A stretch of DNA of 64,000 nucleotides from Pedobacter sp. (GCA_050253415.1 JBFWJC010000003.1:64001-128000); one strand, 5' to 3'. Positions 20,312 to 30,609 are shown, counted from the first letter of the stretch. Translations and numbers: made by a program. The notes: generated from the sequence alone by a model not told the origin.

Positions 20312-21160
20312 GTGGCAATGCAGATAAGTGGAGGTAATGCAGGGGCTGCGGGTGAATCTGCCGGTAAGAGGCGGGTGTCTCTCGGCAGCCCCTTTCTTTA
20401 TGTAACCTTTTTCTGCAGTACGGCGGTGCTGCTGTTTATCGTCATGCCCTTGTTCCAGATGGTATCTCAGCCGTCGCTGGCCTCGTTGTGGGAGACCATT
20501 CACGATCCGGAGGTGCTGTCATCCATCTGGTTGTCGGTCTATACCGCCTTGATTGCGGCACTGATCGCTTTCGCGGTCGGCACCCCGCTGGCTTACCTGT
20601 TGGCTCGCTACGATTTTTTCGGCAAGAAACTGATCGAGAGCATTATCGATCTGCCTATCATGATTCCGCATCCGGTTGTCGGTATAGCCATTCTCAGCCT
20701 GCTGGGCCGCGGCCATCCTCTCGGACAGCTGATGGGTAAGATCGGTTTGCGTATCATGGGCAGCGTAACCGGTATTATCGTGGTTTTGACCTTTGTCGGC
20801 CTGCCGTTTTATCTCAATGCCGCCAAATCCGGTTTTGAAAGTGTGCCGGTGCGGCTGGAAAAGGTATCCCGCAGTCTCGGGGCCGGGCGCGCGGCTACCT
20901 TTTTTCGTGTAACCTTTCCCCTCAGTTGGCGGCATATGCTCGGTGGTGTGATCATGTGTGCGGCCCGGGCCGTGAGTGAATTCGGAGCGGTGGTTATCGT
21001 TGCGTATCATCCCATGATCGCACCGGTGCTGATGTATGAGCGCTTTACGGCCTATGGGCTCAAGTACTCCCAACCGGTTGGCGTGTGGCTGATTCTGGTG
21101 TGCCTGACATTGTTCATGCTGTTGCGTCTGGTGTCTTTGCCGAGCAAGGTGGAGCGATGA
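20312..21160 (+). CDS. wtpB: Tungstate/molybdate ABC permease
   Basis: DLPIMIPHPVVGIA, EAA-like loop (LEKVSRSLGAG), ARAVSEFGA. Confidence 0.85.
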   Translation: MAMQISGGNAGAAGESAGKRRVSLGSPFLYVTFFCSTAVLLFIVMPLFQMVSQPSLASLWETIHDPEVLSSIWLSVYTALIAALIAFAVGTPLAYLLARYDFFGKKLIESIIDLPIMIPHPVVGIAILSLLGRGHPLGQLMGKIGLRIMGSVTGIIVVLTFVGLPFYLNAAKSGFESVPVRLEKVSRSLGAGRAATFFRVTFPLSWRHMLGGVIMCAARAVSEFGAVVIVAYHPMIAPVLMYERFTAYGLKYSQPVGVWLILVCLTLFMLLRLVSLPSKVER

Positions 21161-22194
21161 TCAAACTTGAGCAATTGACGGTTAAACTGCCGGGTTTTGC
21201 CGTGCAGGATATTTCACTACAGGTGGCGCCGGGAGAATTCTTTGCTCTGCTCGGGCCCACCGGTTCGGGAAAAACGGTGATCCTTGAATCGATCGCCGGT
21301 CTGGTGCATGTCACAGGTGGCGTCATCCGGGTGGACGGCAAGACCATTACGCATGTGCCTCCGGAGCAGCGGCGTATCGGAATTGTGTATCAGGATTACG
21401 CGCTGTTTCCCCACCTGACGGTAATGGACAACATCTGTTACGGCTTGCGTTATTTCGATCTGGATATGCGGCAGACCCGCCAGAGAATCGACCATCTTGT
21501 TGAATTGCTCGGCCTGCAAAATATCATCCATCGGCGGCCGTTACATCTTAGTGGTGGCGAAAAGCAGCGTGTGTGCCTGGCGCGGGCTCTGAGTGTCAAC
21601 CCTTCGGTATTGCTCCTCGATGAACCGCTGTCGGCACTCGATCCCAATTTTCGAGAAGAAATTCGACGCGTCCTGAAAAAACTGCATGGAGAACTCGGTA
21701 TCACTTTCATGATGGTGACTCACGATTTTAGCGAGGCTTTGTATCTGGCCGACCGGGTCGGGGTGATTCGCAATGGGCGCATGGAGCAGGTCGGTTCCAC
21801 CGAGGACATTTTTTTGCGTCCGGCCAATCCGTTTGTGGCCGAATTCGTCGGTATGAAAAATATTTTTACGGTCAGTGTTGCCGATCAAACGATGGAGTTC
21901 GGTGGTTTGAGTTGTCCTTTGTCGGAACCCCTATCCTGCAAACAAGGCGTTCTGGCGTTGCACCCTGAAGATATCGTGCTGCAGCGCGAGGAGGAGTTTT
22001 CAGACGAATATGTACATTATTCCGGAATTATCGAGCAGATCGTACCGGCCGGGCTCTGGCATGAGGTAAGGGTCCGCTGTGGAGAGACTTGTTTCAAGAC
22101 CATTATGGATCGCAAGACTCTTATGACGCACCGCTATAACGAAGGTGATGCCGTATATCTTGGATTTCAGGCCGGGGCAGTGAGGGTTTTCTGA
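21157..22194 (+). CDS. wtpC: Tungstate/molybdate ABC ATPase
   Basis: GPTGSGKT, LSGGE, LLLDEP; ATGA overlap with the permease gene. Confidence 0.87.
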   Translation: MIKLEQLTVKLPGFAVQDISLQVAPGEFFALLGPTGSGKTVILESIAGLVHVTGGVIRVDGKTITHVPPEQRRIGIVYQDYALFPHLTVMDNICYGLRYFDLDMRQTRQRIDHLVELLGLQNIIHRRPLHLSGGEKQRVCLARALSVNPSVLLLDEPLSALDPNFREEIRRVLKKLHGELGITFMMVTHDFSEALYLADRVGVIRNGRMEQVGSTEDIFLRPANPFVAEFVGMKNIFTVSVADQTMEFGGLSCPLSEPLSCKQGVLALHPEDIVLQREEEFSDEYVHYSGIIEQIVPAGLWHEVRVRCGETCFKTIMDRKTLMTHRYNEGDAVYLGFQAGAVRVF

Positions 22195-22257
22195 GCTTCA
22201 TTCATTCGTCCGTTGTCATTTGGTTATTGGTTATGTTCCTTACGAAAGGGTCATTGC

Positions 22258-23238
22258 ATGTTGAAGAGGGGACGGAGAATATTGGCCGCTGGGTTGACGT
22301 TGCTGTGCATGATGCAGGCAGGAGTAGCGTTTGCTGCTCCCTCGGGAAAACTCATCATTTTCCATGCCGGCAGTTTGACGGTGCCTTTTGCGGCTATGGA
22401 AAAGGATTTTGAGGCGCGTTATCCCGGCGTTGATGTGCAGCGGGAATCGGGGGGGAGTACGCGCATGGCGCGTTTGATCTCTGAAGTCGGCAAGCCTGCC
22501 GATCTTATGGCTTCGGCCGACTTTCAGGTCATCGACAAAAGCCTCATCCCGGCACTTGCCGATTTCAATATCCGCTTTGCCACTAACGAGTTGGTGCTGA
22601 CTTTCTCCGAAAAAAGCAAGTTCGCCGACGAAACCAACACCAACAACTGGTTCGTTATCCTGGGGAGGCCGGGCGTGTTATGGGGGCATTCCGACCCCAA
22701 TATCGATCCCGGCGGTTATCGCAGCCTGATGGCGATTCAACTGGCGGAGAAGTATTATAAAAAGCCCGGCCTCTACAAAAGGCTGATTGCAAACCGTCCC
22801 AAGGAAAATCTGCGCGACAAGGCCGTCAGTCTGACCTCCCTGGTGCAGAACGGCGACCTCGACTATGCCTGGACGTATCGTTCGCTTGCCCTGCAACATC
22901 ACCTGAAATTCGTGACTTTGGATGAACACGTTAACCTGGCCAACATTGCCTATGATGATTTTTACGGTCAAGCCAGTGTGCGGGTGACCGGAGAGACCCC
23001 CGGAACCTATTTTGATCGTAAGGGGCGTTTTGTCGCTTATGGCATAACAATGCTTAAGGATGCCCCCAACCGGGAAACTGCCGAGGCATTTCTGGTCTAT
23101 CTTTGCGATCCGCACGGGGGGCAGGAGATCCTCCAACGCTATGGTCAGCCGCCTTTTAATCCGGCTTTTGTTCCGACGCGCGCCATGCATCAGACGTTGC
23201 CCGAGTCCCTTAAAAATCTGGTTACGGTTACCCAATAA
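22258..23238 (+). CDS. Second WtpA-like substrate-binding protein
   Basis: Clear paralogue of 19322..20305 ([15 protein letters not shown]...DPGGYR...YAWTYRS). Confidence 0.85.
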   Translation: MLKRGRRILAAGLTLLCMMQAGVAFAAPSGKLIIFHAGSLTVPFAAMEKDFEARYPGVDVQRESGGSTRMARLISEVGKPADLMASADFQVIDKSLIPALADFNIRFATNELVLTFSEKSKFADETNTNNWFVILGRPGVLWGHSDPNIDPGGYRSLMAIQLAEKYYKKPGLYKRLIANRPKENLRDKAVSLTSLVQNGDLDYAWTYRSLALQHHLKFVTLDEHVNLANIAYDDFYGQASVRVTGETPGTYFDRKGRFVAYGITMLKDAPNRETAEAFLVYLCDPHGGQEILQRYGQPPFNPAFVPTRAMHQTLPESLKNLVTVTQ

Positions 23239-23290
23239 CACGTTCGGGTACCGGATTATAGATTCCGGCAATATTTGAGTTCCAAGGAAC

Positions 23291-23339
23291 AAGGGCTCCG
23301 TCATGGCTTACCAGCTTGCATGGCGGAGCCTTATTTTTT
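23291..23339 (+). terminator. Intrinsic terminator
   Basis: GGCTCCGTCATG..CATGGCGGAGCC followed by TTATTTTTT. Confidence 0.65.
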
Positions 23340-23615
23340 GCGTAGAGGGTGTAACCGTTGCCCGGCCGGACAGATATTTGCATTTTGCCATGGACATGGT
23401 TGGCCTAGCTGACCTAAAATGCGTTTTTTATACGTAGCGACATCCATGCCGCAAAAGATCTTTCCGGTAACTGCTTTGCTCTTTTGATTCTCCCCAACGG
23501 TTTTCCTTTTCCGCCTCCGTGGCGGTTCTGTTTTTGGGGGAGATGTAAAAAAAACAGGCGTGCGTGCCGGAACGGATGGAATATAACAACCCCAAGACAA
23601 CAGTGAGTCAGGACC

Positions 23616-24992
23616 ATGGATATTCTTTCATTGGTAAGAGAGCGTCACGCAGAAACCTATGATCTGCACAAACAGCACATTAATCCCCAGTTCGTTAGAG
23701 TTCTGGAGGTTATAGGATTTAATCGCAATTACGTCAGCAGCAAAGGTTCCCGGCTCATCGATGCCGAGGGGCGCGAGGTCCTCGATTTTCTGGCCGGCTT
23801 TGGCGTATTCAATATCGGACGTAATCATCCGCTGGTTGCTCAGGTGTTGCACCAGATGCTCGACTCCGATCCGGCCAATATGGTGCAGATGGATCTTGGC
23901 GGGATTTCCGGTATGCTGGCTGAAACCCTGGCCAGGATCACTCCCGGGGATCTGGATGCGGTGTTTTTTACCAACTCCGGTGCCGAAAGCGTGGAGGGGG
24001 CTCTTAAATTCGCCCGTCAGGCGACCCGCCGCCATAAGGTGGTTCACTGCCATCATGCTTTTCACGGTTTGACGCTGGGTGCATTGTCGGTCAACGGCAA
24101 CCGCGAATTCCGTGAGTTCAACGAGCCGCTGTTGCCCGGTTGCATTCAGGTACCTTTTAATGATCTGGAAGCTCTGGAACGCGCACTGTCCACCGGTGAT
24201 GTGGCGGCCTTTATCGTCGAGCCGATTCAAGGCAAAGGTGTGTTTGTTCCGGATGACGATTATCTGCCGGGCGCCCGTCAGTTGTGCGACAAATACGGCA
24301 CGTTGATGATAGCCGACGAAGTGCAGACCGGCTTCGGACGCACCGGAAAAATGTTCGCCATCGATCACTGGGGCGTGGTGCCGGATATTATGGCCGTTTC
24401 CAAGGCACTCTCAGGCGGCTTCGTCCCGATCGGGGCGGTTATTACCAAACGTGCCATCCATTCCAAAATATTCGACAGCATGGAACGTTGCTTCGCGCAC
24501 TCCAATACCTTCGGGCAGAACGATCTGGCCATGGCAGCCGGGCTGGCTACCATTGAGGTGCTGGAGAATGAAAATCTGGTGGCACAGGCAGCCGAAATTG
24601 GCGATTACATCATCGCCGGCTTGAAGGAAAAGGCGCAACGTTATGAAATGTTGCATGAAATTCGCGGCAAAGGCCTGATGGTCGGCATGCAGTTCGGTGA
24701 GCCCAAATCCTTCACGCTTAAAACCGGATGGAAACTGGTGCATAAAATGAATGCCGACCTGTTCGGTCAGATGATCACCATGCCTTTGATGGAAAAACAT
24801 AACATCCTGACCCAGGTAGCCGGGCATGGTCTCGATACCGTAAAAATCCTGCCTCCGCTTGTCATCGGCCGCAAAGAAGCGGATATGTTCCTCGATGCCA
24901 TGGAAGCGGTCCTTAAAGATGTTCACCGCTTTCCCGGGGCGGCTTGGACTACCACCAAAGACCTTGCTGTGCGTACCCTTAAGAGTTCCTGA
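23616..24992 (+). CDS. hpnO: Class III aminotransferase, aminobacteriohopanetriol synthase-like
   Basis: FTNSGAESVEGALK, IVEPIQGKG, DEVQTGFGRTG, SKALSGG, HSNTFG; hopanoid gene context. Confidence 0.8.
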   Translation: MDILSLVRERHAETYDLHKQHINPQFVRVLEVIGFNRNYVSSKGSRLIDAEGREVLDFLAGFGVFNIGRNHPLVAQVLHQMLDSDPANMVQMDLGGISGMLAETLARITPGDLDAVFFTNSGAESVEGALKFARQATRRHKVVHCHHAFHGLTLGALSVNGNREFREFNEPLLPGCIQVPFNDLEALERALSTGDVAAFIVEPIQGKGVFVPDDDYLPGARQLCDKYGTLMIADEVQTGFGRTGKMFAIDHWGVVPDIMAVSKALSGGFVPIGAVITKRAIHSKIFDSMERCFAHSNTFGQNDLAMAAGLATIEVLENENLVAQAAEIGDYIIAGLKEKAQRYEMLHEIRGKGLMVGMQFGEPKSFTLKTGWKLVHKMNADLFGQMITMPLMEKHNILTQVAGHGLDTVKILPPLVIGRKEADMFLDAMEAVLKDVHRFPGAAWTTTKDLAVRTLKSS

Positions 24993-24994
24993 TA

Positions 24995-27676
24995 ATGATT
25001 TTTCACTTGCTCGATAAACTTGTGGCAGGTCTGTGGCGTCTGATATCCCGTATGCCGCGCACCATCGTATGGTGCGCGGTTGCCCTGGCGGCCCTGGCAG
25101 CGGTTATTTCGGTCCTGTTTTTACGACTGGATAGTGATCAGGATAAGCTGGTTTCCCAGGATCTGCCTTACCAGCAGCGTTATCTTGAGGTACTGAAAAA
25201 TTTCGGTGACCAGGAATATCTGTACATCGTAATTCAGGTCGGGGAAGGGGACACGGGCAAGCGCAACGCCGAAAGGTTCGCAGAGACCTTGGCAACCCGC
25301 CTCAAAGGTTTTCCCGATCAGATTCAGGAAATCCATTATCGTCTTGCTGCTCAGGACCTGGGACCCGGTGCACTTTACTTCGCATCCCTGGATGAGGCGA
25401 AGGGCCTTACCGACATGGTGGGGGCCATCGGTCCCGTGGCAACCGACTGGCTCCGAAGCGGCACGTTGCCCGACCTTGTGGAACGTGTCAGCGGTTTGCT
25501 GGGTGGTGGCATCAGTGATGATGCAGCACCGGATCCCGCGCTGCTGGAGCCGGCACTTGAAGGTCTGAACGGATTTGTGACCCGTATCGATCAGGCCCTG
25601 GCCGGGGAAGTGTCGACCGGCCCAGTGTTTGATATGACGGATCGGGGTGTGCATTATTTCTTTACCACCAACCAGCGTTTGCTGGTTATGCGTATGTTGC
25701 CGGTCAAGGACTACGGCACCATGGATGTCATCGCAGGTCCTTTGGCGACAGTCCGTGAGGCCTTGTCGCAAACCCGCGCCGAATTCCCCGGGATTGAGGC
25801 TGGTCTGACCGGTCGACCGGTGCTGCAGGCCGATGAAATGGCTACCACCAATCTCGATATGATGCGTGCTTCGATCATTTCCGTGATACTGGTCGGTTTG
25901 CTCTTTATGCTGGTGATGCATGGCTGGTTGCGACCGGTGTTGGTCATATTCTGCCTTATTCTGGGCATGGCCATGACCTTTGGTTTCACCACGGTGACCC
26001 TCGGAGTGCTCAACCTGCTGTCGATCGTATTTGCGCTGGTGCTGGTCGGCATCGGGGTCGACTTCGGGGTGCATGTCGTTATGCGTTACGTGGAGGAACG
26101 CAAGGCGGGTGCAGAGGTTGATGAAGCCGTACGTATTTCGTTGATGCAAACGGGTCCTGGTGTCATCCTTGGCGCCACCACCTCGGTATGCGCGTTTTAT
26201 GCCGTTGTGTGGTCCGATTTTACCGGCTTGGCCGAGCTTGGTTTGATCGGCGGCACCGGAATCCTGCTGTGCCTTGTGGTGATGCTCACGGTTTTGCCGG
26301 CGTTGTTGCTGATGGCCGGTCGTCGCAATCTTTTTCCCAAATCGATGCCGCAGCTTACCGCTTTGCCGGTATTCGGGCGGTTGTCGGCGCGTCCGGGCCG
26401 TTTGTTAGTCATTCTCGTTTTGGTGACCCTGGTGCTTCTGCCCGGTCTTTTCAAGGTGAGATTCAATTACAACCTGCTTGAACTGCAGGCCGAAGGTCTG
26501 GAGTCGGTGCGTTACGAAAAACGCATGATCGAGGATTCTGACGAATCGACCTGGTATGCGGTTTCGGTAGCAAACGACCTTGAGCAACTTAATGCTTTGC
26601 GGAAACAATTCAAAGCGTTGCCTACCGTGGGTAAAACGGAAAGTCTCAGCGATTACCTGCCCCAAAACCAGCAAAGCAAGGCCGCGCTTTTCAGCAGGGC
26701 TGCAGCTCTCCTTGGAGACTTGCCGCTCCAGCCGGTGGCAGCAGGTCCCATCGATGCGCAGCGTATGCTGGATGCTCTGGACAGCCTTTCGGTTGCCCTG
26801 GATAACCTGGCCGAAAAACTGTTTGCTGCCGGCGCCGGCGAGGAACTCTCCCGCGTCGATGCCCTGATCAAAAAGCTCGATTCAGCTTATGCCCGACTTG
26901 ACGGTGATCCGTTGCTGGCAAGTCGTCTTCTGCCGTTGCAATCCCAGCTGCAGACCGATGTCATGGGCGGTCTCCGGCAGTTGCAGGCATGGCTTGGTGC
27001 CAAGCCCATCGGGATTGGTGATTTGCCGGTATTTCTACGTGGAATGTTCGTTGGCCGCGATGGCACCATGCAGCTCAAACTGATTCCCAGGGAAAATATC
27101 TGGAAGGCTGCAAATCTTAAGACCTTCGTTCAGGATATCCGGAAAATTGATCCGCAGGTTACCGGGGTGCCAATCAGTGTGTATGAGTCGGCGCGTCTGA
27201 TGAAGCATACTTTTTTGTATTCCGCCATTCTGACTCTTGTGCTGGTCAGCCTGCTGTTGTGGGCCAGCTCCCGTTCGCTGCGGTACATTTTACTTGCGAT
27301 GCTGCCCCTGGCGGTCGGGATGTTGTGGCTGCTTTCGCTGATGGGTTGGTTCGGACTGAACTTTAATCTTGCCAATTTTTTCGCTATTCCCATCCTTATC
27401 GCCATCGGGGTTGATGGCGGGGTGCATTTTCTTGCACGCTGGAAGGAGTTGCGTAACGGATGCCTGTTTGAAACCAGCACGCCGATGGCCGTTACCCTTA
27501 GTTTTGCCACCACCATGATTGGGTTTGGCGGGCTGCTTTTTGCGCACCATCGCGGATTGGCAAGCCTGGGATGGGTAATGGTCCTCGGTTCGCTGACGGG
27601 TATGCTGAGTTGTCTGCTGGTGCTGCCGGCGGTTCTCAAGCTTTTTCGCTATGGGGAAACTTCGAATAAGGAGTAG
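24995..27676 (+). CDS. hpnN: MMPL/RND-family hopanoid transporter
   Basis: Two transmembrane bundles with GIGVDFGVH and IGVDGGVH; large periplasmic loops; HHRGLASLG. Confidence 0.82.
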   Translation: MIFHLLDKLVAGLWRLISRMPRTIVWCAVALAALAAVISVLFLRLDSDQDKLVSQDLPYQQRYLEVLKNFGDQEYLYIVIQVGEGDTGKRNAERFAETLATRLKGFPDQIQEIHYRLAAQDLGPGALYFASLDEAKGLTDMVGAIGPVATDWLRSGTLPDLVERVSGLLGGGISDDAAPDPALLEPALEGLNGFVTRIDQALAGEVSTGPVFDMTDRGVHYFFTTNQRLLVMRMLPVKDYGTMDVIAGPLATVREALSQTRAEFPGIEAGLTGRPVLQADEMATTNLDMMRASIISVILVGLLFMLVMHGWLRPVLVIFCLILGMAMTFGFTTVTLGVLNLLSIVFALVLVGIGVDFGVHVVMRYVEERKAGAEVDEAVRISLMQTGPGVILGATTSVCAFYAVVWSDFTGLAELGLIGGTGILLCLVVMLTVLPALLLMAGRRNLFPKSMPQLTALPVFGRLSARPGRLLVILVLVTLVLLPGLFKVRFNYNLLELQAEGLESVRYEKRMIEDSDESTWYAVSVANDLEQLNALRKQFKALPTVGKTESLSDYLPQNQQSKAALFSRAAALLGDLPLQPVAAGPIDAQRMLDALDSLSVALDNLAEKLFAAGAGEELSRVDALIKKLDSAYARLDGDPLLASRLLPLQSQLQTDVMGGLRQLQAWLGAKPIGIGDLPVFLRGMFVGRDGTMQLKLIPRENIWKAANLKTFVQDIRKIDPQVTGVPISVYESARLMKHTFLYSAILTLVLVSLLLWASSRSLRYILLAMLPLAVGMLWLLSLMGWFGLNFNLANFFAIPILIAIGVDGGVHFLARWKELRNGCLFETSTPMAVTLSFATTMIGFGGLLFAHHRGLASLGWVMVLGSLTGMLSCLLVLPAVLKLFRYGETSNKE

Positions 27677-27679
27677 CAC

Positions 27680-28492
27680 ATGTTGCGAAACATGCTTATC
27701 ATGCTGATATTTCTGGTCTCCACGGCCAGTCCGGCATTTTGCAGTGAAAACTTAGATTTTGTCATTATTCAACCGGGGCAACCGGGTACTTCCCAGGATG
27801 CACAGCCGGTCATGGATGCCCTTGCGAGTTATCTGCAAAAAAAACTGGGTACCGGAGTTACGATTCACGGTCGCTATTTTAACCAAACCGAGGAGGCTGC
27901 CGCCTATCTGGCAGAGAACCAACCTGAGTGGGGCATCGTCGGACTTGGCTATTACCTGGGCCATACCGGTACACGTTGCATGACCCCCTTAGCATCAACC
28001 CGGCCGGGAGGGGCAGATAGCGATGTCTGGAGATTGGTGGTTGCCAAGGACGGTCCGGATAAGTGGCAATCCCTGAAAGGTACGGTTTCGGGCACAATGT
28101 TGTTTGAGCCTGGTATAGCAGCCGGATTGTTATTTGATACGCCGGCCGCAGAGTTACCTTTTACTCTGGAAGGGACGGTTCGTCCGTTGCGCGCCTTGCG
28201 TTCCGTGTTGCGCGGCAAGGGGGGCGCGGTGGTGCTTGATAAACCGCAATACGACGCCGTTCAGGCGCTGTCCATGGCATCTGGCCTTAAAGTTATAAAA
28301 ACATCCATGGCTCTGCCGACCTCGGCTGTTGTTGCTTTCGGCCCAAAGCAGAAGATTCACGAGCGTTTGAGTGCTGTGTTGCATGCAATGCGCAATGATC
28401 CGGCTGCCGCTGATCTGCTGCAGTTGTTACAAACCGAGGGGTTTGGTCCCGTTGATAAACGGCTTGACGCATTGAAGGAAAAAAGTGCATGA
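27680..28492 (+). CDS. Periplasmic protein, phosphonate-binding-protein-like fold (BstB-like)
   Basis: Signal peptide; binding-protein-like pattern (MDALASYLQKKLG...ALRSVLRG..AVVLD..Q...LP...LL..L...GF); follows hpnN by 3 nt. Confidence 0.55.
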   Translation: MLRNMLIMLIFLVSTASPAFCSENLDFVIIQPGQPGTSQDAQPVMDALASYLQKKLGTGVTIHGRYFNQTEEAAAYLAENQPEWGIVGLGYYLGHTGTRCMTPLASTRPGGADSDVWRLVVAKDGPDKWQSLKGTVSGTMLFEPGIAAGLLFDTPAAELPFTLEGTVRPLRALRSVLRGKGGAVVLDKPQYDAVQALSMASGLKVIKTSMALPTSAVVAFGPKQKIHERLSAVLHAMRNDPAAADLLQLLQTEGFGPVDKRLDALKEKSA

Positions 28493-29232
28493 AGGTTGTG
28501 ATTTTTTTTCTTTTTGGGTTAATATGCACCCTTTCCGGGTGTGTGGCTCCGTCGGTAGAAACGGGAACCCCCGTTGCCGGCTTGCCTGCGGCCACCTATG
28601 AAAGCCTGGATTTATGGGAGTCTTGCGACACCACACAGGCCGAAGCTTATCGCGATGCTGCCGATCAGGATGCCAATGCAGCACTGCGCGGCGCTGCCTG
28701 CTACGCCTATCTGGTAGAACGTGCCAATGGCGATCTGACGGCCGCGGAGAACGGCCGCAAGTTGGCCGAAAAGGCGGTGGTCGCTTTTCCTCAAAGTGCC
28801 GAAGCCCATTACCTGCTCGGGTATCTGGCAGGACTGGTCGCGCAACGCAACTCCTTGCGGGCATTGTCGCTGGTGCCTGTCATCGAACGTGAGGCTTTGG
28901 CGGCGTTCGATTTAGACCCGAGCCTTGACCAGGCAGGGCCTGCTCGCATGCTCGGTGACCTTTACCTGCGGGCTCCTGAGTTTCCCGTGAGCATCGGGGA
29001 TCCGTCCCTGGCCGTGGATTATTTCCGTCAGGCGGTCGAGCTGGCTCCGGATCAGGCCGATAATCGCCTTGGACTTATCGAGGCACTGCTTACCGAGGAC
29101 CAGACCGCAGATGCCTGTCGACAATTGCAAACTTTGTGGCAGACTCTGGCTCCGGAGGAAGACCCCGGTAGCGTCTGGCAACGAGGGCTCGACCTGCAGC
29201 TTCGTATGTGTGAAGGCTTGGAGCAGAATTGA
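28489..29232 (+). CDS. TPR lipoprotein, TRAP T-component (TatT)-like (BstC-like)
   Basis: Lipobox TLSGC; helical repeats; AGPARMLGDLYLRAPEFPVSIGD..A..YF..A..LAP. Confidence 0.6.
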   Translation: MKVVIFFLFGLICTLSGCVAPSVETGTPVAGLPAATYESLDLWESCDTTQAEAYRDAADQDANAALRGAACYAYLVERANGDLTAAENGRKLAEKAVVAFPQSAEAHYLLGYLAGLVAQRNSLRALSLVPVIEREALAAFDLDPSLDQAGPARMLGDLYLRAPEFPVSIGDPSLAVDYFRQAVELAPDQADNRLGLIEALLTEDQTADACRQLQTLWQTLAPEEDPGSVWQRGLDLQLRMCEGLEQN

Positions 29233-29381
29233 TGGCGTCGCAAAAAGTCCGCCCTGCCGCGTTTCGGCGTTTTTTCAGGACCTCGACATACCGATGTATG
29301 CCTTCACCCTTGAAAAAACACCAGGCCTCGTAGAACGAAAATTTTGCTTAGCCATCGTGTAAGTTTTTGCGAATGCATCAA
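29229..29381. mobile_element. 153-bp MITE-like element with imperfect terminal inverted repeats
   Basis: Left end TTGATGGCGTCGCAAAAA, right end TTTTTGCGAATGCATCAA (15/18 complementary); no ORF. Confidence 0.6.
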
Positions 29382-29574
29382 GATTCAGTTTTTTTCCTCC
29401 GGTTTTGTGCCGGTGTGTCAAGTACGTAGCTATGGCTGACGCAGGATGGTGTCCGACTGCAAGGGGACGCCGCCCTGCGTCGCTGTTTTTCGCCGATGAG
29501 GATGTTCTGACCGTAGCTCCGATCGGCTGTGGCTTAAACATTTCCATTTGATTGCCTGTTTTAAGGAGATAGTT

Positions 29575-30585
29575 TTGGGAGTTCCCTTTATTCAGAAAGC
29601 CCGTATTGGCGCTTATATTTGTAAGCAGTTGGTGAAGGGCAACCGCCGGTTTCCCCTGGTCTTGATGCTTGAACCTTTGTTTCAGTGCAATCTGCGCTGC
29701 AAAGGTTGCGGGAAAATCTCCCATCCACCAGAGATCATGAATCGTCGTTTGAGTGTAGAGGAATGCGTAGCCATGGCTGAAGAATGCGGAGCACCTATGG
29801 TTTCGCTGCCCGGTGGCGAGCCTCTCATGCATCCCGATATCCATCTCATTGCCAGCGAACTTGTCGCCCGCAAACGCTTTGTCTATTTGTGTACCAATGC
29901 GCTGTTGGTGGAAAAACGTCTGGATGATTTCGAGCCGTCGCCGTACCTGACCTTTAACGTGCACCTTGACGGTTTGCGCGACAAGCACGACGCGCTGGTC
30001 AATCGCAAGGGGGTCTTTGATCAGGCTGTGCAGGCCATCCGGCGTTTGGTTTCCGAAGGCTATCGCGTTACGACCAATACCACCTTTTTTGGGGATGAAA
30101 CCCCGGAAAGTGCTGCGGCTCTGTTTGATTTTCTCATGTCCCTCGGTGTTGAAGGTATGACCGTAGCTCCGGCTTTCAATTACGAAAGCGCCGAGGAACA
30201 GGCCAATTTCCTTGGTCGCGAGGGGAGCTACAAGCTGTTTAAGGAATTGTTACCGCAAGCCAAGGCGCGGGGCTGGCATTTTAACCACAGCAGCCTCTAT
30301 CTGGACTTCCTGGCTGGTGGACAAAGCTATGACTGTTCACCCTGGGGTACTCCCGCGGCCAATATTTTCGGCTGGCAGCGTCCCTGCTATCTGCTCAACG
30401 ACGGGTACGCCGATAGCTTCCGCGAATTGATGGAGAATACGGATTGGGATAGCTACGGAACCGGTAGGGATGCGCGCTGTACCCATTGTATGGTACACTG
30501 CGGTTTCGAGCCGAGTGCTGTAGTGGATGCGGCTTTACATCCTCTCAAGGCGCTACGGGTTTTCTTGCGCGGTGCTGGTAACTGA
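29575..30585 (+). CDS. hpnH: Adenosylhopane synthase (radical SAM)
   Basis: RFPLVLMLEPLFQCNLRCKGCGKI, YLCTNALL, GWQRPCYLL, CTHCMVHCGFEP. TTG start after AAGGAG. Confidence 0.95.
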   Translation: MGVPFIQKARIGAYICKQLVKGNRRFPLVLMLEPLFQCNLRCKGCGKISHPPEIMNRRLSVEECVAMAEECGAPMVSLPGGEPLMHPDIHLIASELVARKRFVYLCTNALLVEKRLDDFEPSPYLTFNVHLDGLRDKHDALVNRKGVFDQAVQAIRRLVSEGYRVTTNTTFFGDETPESAAALFDFLMSLGVEGMTVAPAFNYESAEEQANFLGREGSYKLFKELLPQAKARGWHFNHSSLYLDFLAGGQSYDCSPWGTPAANIFGWQRPCYLLNDGYADSFRELMENTDWDSYGTGRDARCTHCMVHCGFEPSAVVDAALHPLKALRVFLRGAGN

Positions 30586-30609
30586 GTCTTTGCCCGGGAA
30601 CGTACCGGC

